Assembly (NCBI GenBank): GCA_032718475.1
Contig: JAUCBJ010005258.1
Location: 1 to 45,119 of the forward strand
Direction of reading: 5' to 3'
From: Nemertoderma westbladi
Taxonomy: Eukaryota > Animalia > Xenacoelomorpha
Length of the DNA stretch: 45,119 nucleotides
Below, one piece after another: positions 1 to 11,621 of the stretch. The position numbers and the translations under genes are program-made. Positions within the stretch are counted from its first letter, which is position 1. Each line of letters begins with the position of its first letter. The notes under the pieces are model-generated. The model was not told the origin of the DNA. It searched no databases and saw nothing but the letters and a program-made list of their open reading frames with translations.

Positions 1-2019
1 AAACAAGAGAATGACATAATTTAATTTAGGTTAGTATATAGGCTGCTCTTGATTATAGGACTTCCCGGTAATATTTTACTTCTATTTTATTTTAGTTTAT
101 TTTAAAGTTATTATTGAAAGGGTCTTTGCAGGTATTAGATTTCCATGTTACTGTACTTTCTTAATTATTTTTTGATTTAGTTATTAAAACCCACAACCAA
201 ATTACTTGCGTGCTTACATAACATGTTTTATGTCTGCAATTATTTTTAAACCTCCGGACAACATCAGCAACTCATAAACTTGAAATTAGCAGTCTTTAAT
301 GGCATAAATTATTATTGTCTTAAAAGTACCTAATTCAACAATTGAAACGCTATTATTATTGGCAGGCCATTTGTCTGACCCAATCAGTGACGGTTTGAAT
401 TTAGGATGTTTTAAACGCCTGCCCTCCTTACATATTGTAATAGATGTCACGATGTGCGATGGCGGGATATTTGAATTTATTATTGCGGATTTTAATATAG
501 AGATGCAGCACTAATTATAGCAGAAGTCGAAATTCGGTGATTGCCCATTTGAGATCATCATCTTTGCTTATCGAAACGATTATAAGCCCAAATTGAAATA
601 GAGACATATGATAGTTATAATATGTTTCGATTTAATCATAAATCCTCCTCAGTGAGGGTGATGTAACAATAAATTAGTCAAGTGAAAAAATATAGGGTAA
701 ACTGTATTTTTGGCCTGCTGTGTAAAAAACACATCTTTTGTGAAAACATAATTGTCATATTTGTTTATTTGTGTAAAAAGTTGTTGAAAATATGGCAATG
801 TTATTCGGGATACCGGCGAAAAATTTAATCCCCATTCCCAATCCCGACTTTGTGGGGATTGTGATCCCGAAGCGTCGAGTTAATGACAATAAGTAAATAA
901 CAGCTGATTACTCTCAAAAATAAAACTGTAACCTGTTATATTGTGTTTAGTTTATTGTTTTGGTTAAAATAACGTGCCACTGTAACCTGCTCCTTTCCCT
1001 AAATTAAGAATTTAACATTGAGGCGGGATATTAATTCGCCAAGGCGGGTTTTGCGTCCACCCCCCCCCCCCCCCCCCCCCTCTCCTCCTGTCTCTACACT
1101 ACAGGTGACATAGTTCGTGTTTCACACGTACACTGTTCACTTCCCCGAAGTATATTATTTAGTATAGTATTTTTCGGCCAATAAAATTCTACTGGAATGT
1201 TGTATTTAAAATTATAATCACGTTTCCACCAAAAATCAGAATCACTAGAGTAGCGATTCCGATCCCGAACCAACCATGGCAAACGAAATAAACTACCGGT
1301 GTTCAGTTATTCGATAAGTTAATGAAGAAATCACAAACATTAAATAATTTATAACCATATCAAATTGTTAAGCAATGTGTTTTTTTACACTATGATTTTC
1401 GACTTCTTTTAATCTGATTGGCTATAACTCATTATAATCTGCACACGGGTGCGAGCGTGTCTGTCTACACAGTAGTAATTTTACGTAGATTAGCGACTTA
1501 CCACGTACCACCACTTCTTATTAAAACCTCAAATTCATATTTATAGACAATTTATACTAAACTGATATAGCCATTTTATACCCAAACAGGCTCAAAAAGT
1601 ATAATATTTTTGGCGTTTTAAAGGGATAATATATAAGAGACATTTCAAATATCTGCTCCAAATTTATAATCACAATTAATTGAGTTTTAATATTCTACTC
1701 ACTCAATGTACGACAACTCCAACTAACTTATTCCTGGTGCGAATTAAATAATAATAATAAATAGATATTGTTTACTGAAGCATGACGCCAAACTTATAAT
1801 AATAGGTTTCATTATTTTTGTAAATTTGAAACAGAAATCTAACAGAATATATTAGCGAATGGAATTGCCCAGAAGGTGTATTTTAATTTTCCACTCCCAA
1901 TTTCAAATAGGCCGAAAAAATAAAATAGTACGTAAATAGTCGTACACGCGACTGTAACTTTAATTTACTTTAATTTATTTATGTGTAAAATAAACTATAA
2001 AGTTATTCTTGACTATTCG

Positions 2020-3126
2020 CTATCCCATTTCGCAATGTTGCGGTTGGTCGGTATCTCCATCCCTGTTGCTCCTCTCCAATATAGTTTGTATCTTCTTCCG
2101 GGCTCGAACCCTTCTCATTGATATCGCTTTGGCCTCGAGGTACTTCCTGTATTTATCCGGCTCTTCCAACCGCATGTGCCTCAACCGACTGGCCTTCTTG
2201 GATATTCCTGGCTGCGCGGGATCGTATATAATGTGACCCCTCGGTTTGTACTCGATGCTGGTGGTAAACATATCGATAGAGGAACCTCCCTCGACGCTAG
2301 TACTAAACAGATTGAGATCAACATTGGGAGCTACTCCCATAGACAGATTGATATCGGGATCACCAACCCCTCCCACTTCTATAGACAGTTTACCGCCATC
2401 TTTTGCAAATGAATCTTTTGCGTAGGTTGCATGTGAATTGTTGACATTAAGGTCAGACGAGTGATTTATGTAATTATTAAATTCATGGATGTCTTCTGGT
2501 ATCCTATTGGTTGTATTGTTTGGGCAACACCCGATAGACTCTGTGTTGGATGTTACCTCATTAATTGTAGATCTAGCGGTGTTATTAGCGGCTAATTGAG
2601 GTTGATTAAACGTATAATCCTTTACCTTACTGCATTCTCTGGGCGACCACTTATGTATACCCGTTCTGTTGCCTCTCCAGGTACAGCCTGATGGTCTGTT
2701 TTGTATTGGCGCTCTGGTTGGGTCTGTATAATCACGTGGTGTTGATGCTGTAGGTGTGTTCGTTATTGTTTCCGTGGCGACTGCGCCCTCTTCCTCTTTG
2801 AGGCAGACGACCTGTGGTTGTAAGGGATCGTGTACCCATCTTGGTTCCTCTATGTGGTTAACAATGGGTTTGGTGACCTTATCGAATAAACACTTAGCGT
2901 TCTTATTGGGTTCTTCGAGTAACGCCAGACTTGCCTCCAACCACGATGCTATGTCACTCGGAGAGCAATTGTGTTGGATGTATTCTTTGAGGAAATATTT
3001 ATTGACGTTGAGGTACTCTCCAACGAATGTGTTGATAAAGGTGTCATTGGCTAAGGAAAGAGCTAGGAACATCTCTTTTGGTACCACGAATGATGTTGAC
3101 GAATCGAGAAGATTAAGTCCACTCAT
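2020..3126 (-). CDS. Uncharacterised single-exon 368-aa protein with C-terminal basic helix (bZIP-basic/STPR-like); possibly TE-associated
   Basis: 1.1-kb ATG-initiated ORF in AT-rich surroundings; T/N/S-rich middle; C-terminal KKASRLRHMRLEEPDKYRKYLEAKAISMRRVRARKK. No family recognised. Confidence 0.5.
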   Translation of the reverse strand: MSGLNLLDSSTSFVVPKEMFLALSLANDTFINTFVGEYLNVNKYFLKEYIQHNCSPSDIASWLEASLALLEEPNKNAKCLFDKVTKPIVNHIEEPRWVHDPLQPQVVCLKEEEGAVATETITNTPTASTPRDYTDPTRAPIQNRPSGCTWRGNRTGIHKWSPRECSKVKDYTFNQPQLAANNTARSTINEVTSNTESIGCCPNNTTNRIPEDIHEFNNYINHSSDLNVNNSHATYAKDSFAKDGGKLSIEVGGVGDPDINLSMGVAPNVDLNLFSTSVEGGSSIDMFTTSIEYKPRGHIIYDPAQPGISKKASRLRHMRLEEPDKYRKYLEAKAISMRRVRARKKIQTILERSNRDGDTDQPQHCEMG

Positions 3127-3394
3127 GTTTTAATTACTTTATTTATATTCTATTTATACTTGTTTATGGATATTAATATTGTTGATGAAATTTAAGGTCC
3201 AATAATATATACAATGTATGCAATACACGAGGGCAGATTTTCTGAATTTCGGTTAAGTTAAATTAGGATAAGAAGTTCTTTCAGACACGAAACAAGTGCA
3301 TACAGGTATGAAATCCGTTACTCAGTGGATATCATATCAGACAATAATTTTAAGAAATTTTAAAGATTTGAATTTACAAAAACAAAATAGTGCA

Positions 3395-3456
3395 GCTTCC
3401 GGGTCTCGAAACGACTCAGATAATGACTCAGCATCTGTGCTCTACCGACTGAAGGA
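3395..3456 (-). other. Degenerate tRNA-derived (SINE-head-like) sequence
   Basis: Minus strand reads TTCAGTCGGTAGAGC (A-box/D-arm-like) ... GTTTCGAGACCCGG (degenerate B box); no complete cloverleaf. Confidence 0.3.
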
Positions 3457-4630
3457 CTGAACTAAAGTTCCCTAGTTTATTATTAAATTAGTGAAATAAA
3501 TAATAAAATCCTTTCTGTCATTATTAAGTGAAAGAAATTAAAAGTAATGAGGGAAATCAGTACTTTCTTCCACTGTTTCTTCATTTTAGTGAGAAAAAGT
3601 GGATCTTTTCAGATGCAAAGATTCTAACATGAACTTTGTGATTCCAACACGGCGTTACTTTAATAATGTATATAGGTTCATTGCAACTACAACTAACTAA
3701 CTGTATACTACATACTAGTGAATTATAATTTTATTACAATTAGTAACAAACGCTAGCAACGTAATGTGTGCATAATAACAACAGCTACCACAGATATATA
3801 CTGTAGATCGGAATCTCTTGCTGTACCACACCCTGTCAGCCAACCACATGCACTACACTGTGCGAGCAATGAGTGGGGGAACATGTACTACATCACAGTT
3901 ACACTGTAGTAGTGGCAGTGGGCAACAACTCCATACCAAGGTTAATAATAATAGGCAGGCCGTGTAAGCTAACCATGTGGTAGGCTAGTTGCTGGCACTA
4001 CTACACCGTACAGTACACCCCGTAGGGAGCCACAGAATTTGTTCCCCCTCGCTCCCTGATCTTCTGGCTCTACCCATTTCGTTGTGGTGGTTGGCTGTTA
4101 TTAACCAATCGCCACTGCTACCAAATACCACGGTGCCTACAATACAATACCTCAACCTAATTGCCAATATTGTCTTGCGAGTACCTGTGATTGTGGCAGA
4201 TACTAGTAGAATGTCTGGGTGGATTTAAATCACTTATGAAATATTTAACAGATGTCCAAATGTTATTGCGGCAATAAATAATTATTGCGGCAATAAATAC
4301 ATTAATGGAATATCACTTTTCTCGAGAACTAGAGCGAAATTCAAAAATCCATCTAACCATTTATTGCAACCATAAAATCATAATATAACCATATAACCAT
4401 ATAACCATAAAATCCATCTAACCGTTCTGTTCAGGGAGAGACAAGGCCATCAAACAAAATGTATTACTCAAATCGTAATCAAAATGAAATAAGCGGTTGA
4501 AACAAATGAAATTTTAACCTTTCGCGCGTTCTTCGCGTGTCTGTCAATTTGTAATAATATTTAAGGTATAATATTATGGGTTTGTTCAGAAGTGGAAAAA
4601 ATGAGAAAGCGCGTCACCGGGGGTTGAACC

Positions 4631-4676
4631 AGCGCTATACGTACGTTTCGGCCTAACAGGCCTCATCAGTAGCGCT
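4631..4676 (-). ncRNA. Minimal type I hammerhead ribozyme
   Basis: Minus strand: AGCGCTA CTGATGA GGCC-TGTTA-GGCC GAAAC-GTAC-GTA TAGCGCT. Complete catalytic core, stems I and II, short stem III with palindromic GTAC loop, GUA cleavage triplet. Confidence 0.9.
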
Positions 4677-4829
4677 AACCAGCTCAGCCACTAGCCCCTG
4701 ATACTCACACTCCCACCTAATCCACCTTCTACTGAACGTGAACAGGCAGTCTTAAGTTGCATATATTCTATCTCTAACAGCGGACCTACCGGCCTCAAGT
4801 ATGCTAGATAGTGGCTGAGCTGGTTGGTT

Positions 4830-4879
4830 AGCGCTACTGATGAGGCCTGTTAGGCCGAAACGTACGTGCGTATAGCGCT
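4830..4879 (+). ncRNA. Type I hammerhead ribozyme
   Basis: AGCGCTA CTGATGA GGCC-TGTTA-GGCC GAAACGT-ACGT-GCGTA TAGCGCT. Intact core, stem III extended to ~4 bp, GUA cleavage triplet. Confidence 0.9.
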
Positions 4880-5126
4880 GGTTCAACCCCCGGTGACGCG
4901 CTTTCTCATTTTTTTCCACTTCTGAACAAACCCATAATATTACACCTTTACTTACAGTTGCAACAGCTCATCTCCAATTTATTGAATTAATATTTTATAA
5001 TGTCCGTCAATACTGATGACCACCACATATCCAAACTTGCCAAACAAGCTTTTCCTGGTCGGTTATTTCATTTCCCATGTAAATATTTATATTTGGCGGA
5101 ATCTTGGCAGGATGTCTGTCTGTCTA

Positions 5127-5385
5127 CGCCCATGTGAAGTATACCAGACTTTCTGCCGTTATAATTCACTTTGCAGTTACCCCCATGTGAAGAATACCAG
5201 GTTTTCACCAAATACAGAAGGGCTGAATTTAACCAAAACTATAAACGAAATAGTATATGTACAACTTATAAGACAGAAATAAGCGCTATAAAACACTTAA
5301 TAAAGATAAATTAAAAAAATATATTCATAAAATTCCAATAAAAAGTCGACCGAAAAGTGAAATCCTGGTATTCTTCACATGGGCG
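5127..5385. mobile_element. MITE (family A, copy 1)
   Basis: TIR CGCCCATGTGAAG(T/A)ATACCAG ... CTGGTATTCTTCACATGGGCG; second copy at 8338-8624. Confidence 0.8.
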
Positions 5386-5922
5386 TCTGTCTGTTTGTCC
5401 GTCGGTTATATCAGTACAATTATAGTAAATCACTCCACCTAGTTAAACCTTATCTATATTTATAGTATGAATTTTTGTGTTTAGCGAATCTAGGCTGCCT
5501 GTTTGTCTGCATGATTATACATAGGAAACATTAATCATCTTTAATGTTTTTTACCGACTACCCCCCCCCCCCCCCCCCCCCCCCTAATTAATTAGCTAGA
5601 GAAGTACAGCAGTCCCATAAAGTAAAAGACGTCACATGTAATCAGCTGACGGCACTCGGTTGATCAGTAGATTTCGATCCATTTTCTCAATAGGCTGATA
5701 CGGGAAATTCTGAGAAATAAAGTAAAATGTAGAATAGTTATTACAATGAGGTGAAAAGTGGCAACTAACAAACCACTGGGTAGAACAGCCCTACAAATTT
5801 GCGCCATTCGCGTTTCTACTTGTAATGTAAATAATGCATGTTTGCATTATTGCATTGTATGTAATACATTTCAAGCTTTTGTAAAAAGGACAGCACTGGT
5901 CAAAATGGGCAAGTAATAACTG

Positions 5923-6445
5923 CATTATGTGGGGCGAGCCACGAAGTTGGCGGAGCCTTAGCGAATTGACACTGTTAGGGGGTGGGTCAATTTATGCAAA
6001 TAGTTGTCGTCGTCGTCGTCGTCGTTGTCGTCGTCGTCGTCGTTGTCGTCGTCGTCGTCGTTACGATTTTGACATGCTAATAACTTTGTCGGATTTAAAG
6101 CTGCCAAGTTGAAAATTTGTAGGTATCAATATGAGCAAAAGTTGAGATTTTTGAGAGACTTTCAGACACCATCAGTGCAATGGTCTCCCGCTAGAGGGCC
6201 ACATGTCTAAACATTAAATGCCCTCCCATTTCTTTGCTTTTAATCCGTTTAAGCTGAAACTTGGCAGATATGTATTAGACCATTAGATGTGACTTTCAAA
6301 GGAGGCGAATCCATCTGCAGTTCTCCAGTCTGCCGCTAGAGGGCCAACGTGACTATTTGCATAAATTGACCTACCCCCTAACAGTGTCAATTCGCTAAGG
6401 CTCTGCCAACTTCGTGCTGCGCGAAGTCCCCACTTCGTGTAGTAT
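5923..6445 (+). mobile_element. Helentron-associated (HINE/pearl-like) non-autonomous element
   Basis: Inverted repeats 5940-6004 / 6352-6416, internal (GTC)n microsatellite at 6006-6060, 3' short hairpin GCGAAGT-CCCC-ACTTCGT; core matches the inverted relative at ~14170-14892. Confidence 0.6.
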
Positions 6446-6497
6446 TATATACTCAAGTCATGCACATTGTGCCATTTTCACACCAAATACAATAGCA

Positions 6498-6835
6498 GTC
6501 GTTTGGGTTAGGTGGATGGGCGTTGTTTGGGTTAGGAGGTTGGGCATAGTTTGGGTTAGGTGGATGGGCGTTGTTTGGGTTAGGAGGTTGGCATAGTTTG
6601 GGTTAATAGCTTGGGCGTTGTTTTTTTACTAGGAATATCGTTTTAAATTATTAAATATAATTGAATTTAATTGAATTGTTTGGGTTAATAGCTTGGGCGT
6701 TGTTTTTTTACTAGGAATATCGTTTTAAATTATTAAATATAATTGAATTTAATTGAATTGTTTGGGTTAAGAGATTGGGCGTTGTTTGGAATAAGATTGT
6801 TTTGGTTAAGAGGTTAGGCGTTGTTTGGGTTAGTT
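6498..6835. repeat. Degenerate tandem repeat (GTTTGGGTTAGG core, ~24 bp) including an ~81-bp direct duplication
   Basis: Visible repetition of gtttgggttagg(t/a)gg(a/t)tgggc. Confidence 0.7.
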
Positions 6836-6920
6836 ATTTACAATTATTATTTACCCATCCACCTAATAGTGGCATTAAACAGATTCTTCGCCAAATACGT
6901 GGCTCGCCCCACACCTGAAA

Positions 6921-7082
6921 CATTGGAACTAAGTTCGCATCCATCCATTGGAACTAAGTTCGCATCCATCCATTGGAACTAAGTTCGCATCCATTGGGAC
7001 TAAGTTCGCATCATCGCATCCATTGGAACAAAGTTCGTATCCATTGGAACAAAGTTCGCAAGAGGCTTAAATTGGAACTAAG
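6921..7082. repeat. Minisatellite, ~21-25-bp unit CATTGGAACTAAGTTCGCATC
   Basis: About 7 tandem copies. Confidence 0.8.
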
Positions 7083-8337
7083 AACGGGGAATCGGTCATA
7101 GATAGACAAACAATCAAACGACAATGTCAATTAATCCTCATTCCTTGGAGACATTGCAGCTTACAGTTTATAGACATTGTTTATATTAAAACGGGAATAA
7201 CAATAAGAAAGGAAATTAGAAAGTAAATTAATGAATGAAATTGTGACCGGGACGTGGATATCTGACGTGGATTTCTCTAAGTCACATTTTTACGTCACAT
7301 TTTATGTTGGCATTAAATTAGTCAAAGTAACTATAAAGTGTGTTGTTAAAATGTGACGTGAAGAATTCCATGTCATCTTCACGTCAAAATTAAAATGTTG
7401 TGAAATCGCCGTCAACTTCACGTCAAATCCACAACTTTTTCACAACACATTTTTTTGCCAATAGAAGTCAATGACGTTTGAAGTTTATATGTTATGAAGT
7501 TATGAAGTTTGTTTTGTTGTGGCCGATATGGGCCACCGTACACCTGTAACGCACCATTCAAAAATGAAAGAAAAACAGAATACATTTTATTTATCTTCTT
7601 TCCAGAGCCAAGGAAAGTATGAATAGTGAATGTATTCTTGTATTGTGGATTAATGTATGGTAATTGAAAATATGTTTTCATTGGTTAATTGATGGGTGGG
7701 TGTGTTACTATTCCTGGAACTCTGTGTAGCCATTGGTAGGTTATTGTTGTGCTCTGGGAAACAGCCATGCCAGCTAAAGACTAAGGTCAATATTCTAAGT
7801 GAAACGTCATAGTTAACAGGTTTTACTGAACTTTCATCAGACTGAATGATCGGTACGGTACTCTACAGCTGGTGTATTTGCGTTACAGTTGCCAACACTG
7901 CTTACTAATACTGGCGGTATACAGTTATAGGTCCACCCAACTTATCGTAAATCTATACTGAAATTGGAGATATGTAGGAATTTCCAACAACGTTCAACAT
8001 TACTGTAGTACCGTTAGGCGTTACCGTTACAGCAGTCAGGCAGTATCTTATTTAGTATTACAGTATTGGTAGCCTATTTTATTTTACTTACGTTGCACTT
8101 AGGCCTACAGTTTTTACTACTGTAACATCCAAACAGTTTACTAACATTTTACATTACCTTACCGGACCTAGGACCGCGACTTTCCTATTTTTTTTAGTTA
8201 GTTCCCTTATCAGTTAATTCAAATTTAATAAACCAAATTTCAGTATTTATCGTATTAATTACCGGTAGTCCGGTTCCGGTAGTACGATAACATTGTCAGT
8301 AAAACAATAATAAAAGCGTGAAATTCATAACTAGGTT

Positions 8338-8624
8338 GGCCCATGTGGAGAATACTTTCTGCCGTTATATTTCACTTTGCAGGTACCCCCATGTGAAGAA
8401 TACCAGGTTTTCACCAAAAGCACAGGTTACAGAAGGGCGGAATTTAACCAAAACAATAAAGGAATTAGTATATGTACAGGTTATAAGACAGAAATAAGCG
8501 CTATAAAACACTTAATTAAGATAAATTAAAAAAAAATCTTCATACCGGTATATAAAATTCCAATAAAAAGTCGACTGAAAAGTGAAATCCTGGTACCGGT
8601 ACCGTGGTATTCTTCACATGGGCG
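8338..8624. mobile_element. MITE (family A, copy 2), ~500 bp upstream of Mondo
   Basis: High similarity to 5127-5385 with the same GCCCATGTG...CACATGGGCG termini. Confidence 0.8.
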
Positions 8625-9122
8625 ACTTAGGTTACTGTAAATTGTTATTTCTTTACAGCAGTATAATTCTAACTGCGGGTTAAATTACACTTGCCAGTGG
8701 CCACTAACTAGTATTATAATGAACTTTAACCATGGTCTGTGTAATTTCCGATTCACAGGCTCCCATTATGATCAGTCATGATTCATTTAACTTTTCTATC
8801 GGTATGGCACCTGGTGTCTCTGGTTTGATTTGTATTTTAATTTTATCCATATATTAAGGATTCACATTCACTCATATAACATTCACCTCCGGCTTCGCCG
8901 GACTGTTTGCTTGCTTTGCTTGTTTCTTACAATCTTTAAAATTTCTATTCCCCGCGAATTTGTACGTTGACGTAAGGATTTATTCACTATCAGACTATTA
9001 TGTTACAGTAGGCCAGGCCCTATTATATTACTGTATTAGGCCATCGAACTATACTCTGGTAACCTACTATTTTTCATTGGCATTATTGTGTTTTAATGTT
9101 TAATTAAGTATCGGCTGTCGCC

Positions 9123-11621
9123 ATGGAGACAATGGAAGCAGCCCTGCGATCAACTTTCGACTTGTCGCATGGAAGTGAGACGGTTATCCACAGCGGACAC
9201 TTCATGGTGTCGCACGTACACGATACATCGTTGGATGAGGACGATGGTGGTTACGATTTCGCCGAGGCCTGCCAAGATGTCCAACAGGATTACCAGTTCG
9301 GTGGGCGGACGCCATCCTCCATAGCCATCGAACACAGTCTCGCGAAACTTTTCAATGATATGCGCTTCTCGTATGCCGGACATATAGTGTCGCCGAAGTG
9401 GAAGAATTTCAAAGGAACTACTTTGGTCTTGAAAGATAAGATTCGCATAAATAATGTCATCTGGCGGGATTGGCACATTCAGTTCGTGAAGGGCAAAACG
9501 TCGCGATTTTGTAAATTTGTATCTCCTTTGATGGACGACGTTCACACGAAACCGCAAGCCATTATAGTAGAGGGAATGTACTGGAAGCGAAAAACTAAGA
9601 ATGTGGCGTCAGAGTATAAAAAGTTTCGGGAATACCAGAAGGTAATGATTCGTAATAAAGATACAAAGAAGTCTCTACCTGTTTCGGGTCAGAAGATACC
9701 GTTATTAGTACCTCAGGTTGACCCTGAGCAATCGACTAGCGGTGACCAGAAGTTTCCTCTGCTGTCCAGTTCGCCCCAGCCAATGGATTGGATAGACTTT
9801 GACGACGAATTGCTCCACAATCTCGAACAGCCTTTGGTATTCCCAAACCCCAAGGATTTCCTGCACATTGGCAATGCCGATATGATTCAACCCGGTCTAA
9901 TACAGTTCCAGCCTGATGTTTTAGCAGTTGATATGATGGAAATTGATCCGGTGATCAATGAACTTTTGAGTTCTTGGGGAAAATTACCGAACCAACAAGA
10001 TTCGACTCAAAATTACTCACAATTCTCAGGTGATTTCCCAATCGACAACGGGACATTCACAGAACCGGGAACAACCAGCAATAGGCCTATTCTATCGGTT
10101 GATGATGTTTCAGAATATTTCCAACTTCATTCTCAAACCTCGGATCATTCAAAAAATAATAATGAACACGAAATACTGCAAACTAAAATGGTAGAGCGAC
10201 CTTCGGATAATTTAACGCCTTTTGTTGGCAATCAGCGTGTTGCAGTTGATAATTATCCCTCACAACAAGACAATAATAAATATCCAATTTTGATACCCAA
10301 TTCTGTTGATCGTCAGCGTTCGTTGAGTCAGAGTGTTTCTGTAGATTACCCGAGTCCGTTTCAGACGAACTATCCCGCATCCCAACCCCTCGAGTTCACT
10401 CAGGGCTCCTTACAGCAGATACTATCCGCACCGCGTGATGCTCGCTGTGATACACTAGCCGCGCTATTAGTCGGTAGTTCGGTCGATAAACAATCAGTCC
10501 AGCAGTCCCGTCTACCAGCCGCAGCGCGGAGAGACGTACCGAACGGGAGTGTGGCAACGGCCAAGCGGCTAAAGCGGGCCGATGGAAACGAACAGAGAGT
10601 TCTCATGACTCAAGATAAACTCACTCCCATCCAGAGCGGAGGTGTATCAGACACAGTATCGACTCTTACTGCTCATCCTATGCCCGATGGAGGCGTACCA
10701 CTACCGACCCCGCACCAGATAGTCTCAGCCGCCGGCGTCTCAGACTTTCAGTCCGGTGTGCTGCTAGCCGCGGCAGCCCACGCCTTCCTGCCGACGGCAC
10801 CGGAGGCGACGGGGGTCGGGACTCCTCGAAATAATCACGACAGATTGAAACCCTCAACATCCGAGTCGTTGCAGACAGACCCCGAAGTCAAACCCTCGAG
10901 CATGAATCCCCCGGAGTCGCCAGCCCCGAACGCGATCCAGAAAACCAGTAAAACCGGTAAACCTCCCATCCTCACCTCGGAACAACGGCGACGCTTCAAT
11001 CTCAACGTGGGTATCGAAGCCCTCAACCACATGATGCCGTCCCGTGCGCCCCCTAACTACCCATACCTCGAGGAGTCCAAGCCGCCCAGTAAGGCGTGCA
11101 CGCTGCACAGAGCGTATCAGCACGTGGCCAGACTGAAGAAGGACCGGCAGGACTTACAGATGAAGCAGGAAACATTGCGGTCGGAGATGAAGCAACTCAC
11201 CGAACTGATTAACCACTACCAACGCCAGTTGCCGACCACTGGCATCCCGGCAGCGAGGGGTAACCCGCAGTCCCATGAGTTGCGGCAACTCTACGACTCT
11301 TATATCCGCGGAGAAACCGGGAAAAATTGGAAGTTTTTTCTTTTATCGGTGATTATGAATCCGGTGTTCGATAGCTACTCGAACTCGGTTACCGACGCCA
11401 CCCCTTCCGACTTCCCGGGTCGGGTTCTCTCCTGGTTGGAGCAGCACTGCTCGCTGCATTCCTTACGGAGTCACGTAACCAACTCGTTGCAGGAACTCAG
11501 TACGTCGACCTCGATACTGAGTGACCCCTCCCTCGTCCCGCAGCAAGCGAAACAAGCGGTGCTGGACCCGTCGCCCAAGGGGGACGTTGCAGGGGGGAGA
11601 AACCCCTCGGAGATGTTGTGA
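9123..11621 (+). CDS. MLXIP: Mondo family bHLH-ZIP transcription factor (MLXIP/MondoA - MLXIPL/ChREBP homologue), uninterrupted ORF
   Basis: Mondo conserved regions VIHSGHFMVS, SPKWKNFKG, KDKIRINNVIWRDWHIQF, EGMYWKRK, GNADMIQPGLIQFQP; bHLH EQRRRFNL...SKACTLHRAYQHV plus zipper; C-terminal NWKFF...WLEQHCSL domain; Kozak context GCCATGG. Confidence 0.93.
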   Translation: METMEAALRSTFDLSHGSETVIHSGHFMVSHVHDTSLDEDDGGYDFAEACQDVQQDYQFGGRTPSSIAIEHSLAKLFNDMRFSYAGHIVSPKWKNFKGTTLVLKDKIRINNVIWRDWHIQFVKGKTSRFCKFVSPLMDDVHTKPQAIIVEGMYWKRKTKNVASEYKKFREYQKVMIRNKDTKKSLPVSGQKIPLLVPQVDPEQSTSGDQKFPLLSSSPQPMDWIDFDDELLHNLEQPLVFPNPKDFLHIGNADMIQPGLIQFQPDVLAVDMMEIDPVINELLSSWGKLPNQQDSTQNYSQFSGDFPIDNGTFTEPGTTSNRPILSVDDVSEYFQLHSQTSDHSKNNNEHEILQTKMVERPSDNLTPFVGNQRVAVDNYPSQQDNNKYPILIPNSVDRQRSLSQSVSVDYPSPFQTNYPASQPLEFTQGSLQQILSAPRDARCDTLAALLVGSSVDKQSVQQSRLPAAARRDVPNGSVATAKRLKRADGNEQRVLMTQDKLTPIQSGGVSDTVSTLTAHPMPDGGVPLPTPHQIVSAAGVSDFQSGVLLAAAAHAFLPTAPEATGVGTPRNNHDRLKPSTSESLQTDPEVKPSSMNPPESPAPNAIQKTSKTGKPPILTSEQRRRFNLNVGIEALNHMMPSRAPPNYPYLEESKPPSKACTLHRAYQHVARLKKDRQDLQMKQETLRSEMKQLTELINHYQRQLPTTGIPAARGNPQSHELRQLYDSYIRGETGKNWKFFLLSVIMNPVFDSYSNSVTDATPSDFPGRVLSWLEQHCSLHSLRSHVTNSLQELSTSTSILSDPSLVPQQAKQAVLDPSPKGDVAGGRNPSEML

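Larger units (their letters stand above)
4563..4948. repeat. Inverted repeat, ~130-140-bp arms (4563-4693 / 4809-4948) with ~115-bp spacer
   Basis: Arms are near-perfect reverse complements; the right arm has two 4-nt insertions. Confidence 0.9.

Noticed and set aside
7770-7845. Hammerhead-like fragments (GAAACGTC on +, CTGATGA on -)
   Set aside because: The core halves are on opposite strands and the stems do not pair.
8881-8903. TCCGGCTTCGCCGGA hairpin upstream of Mondo as a terminator or regulatory RNA
   Set aside because: It resembles common transposon-terminal palindromes and has no further support.
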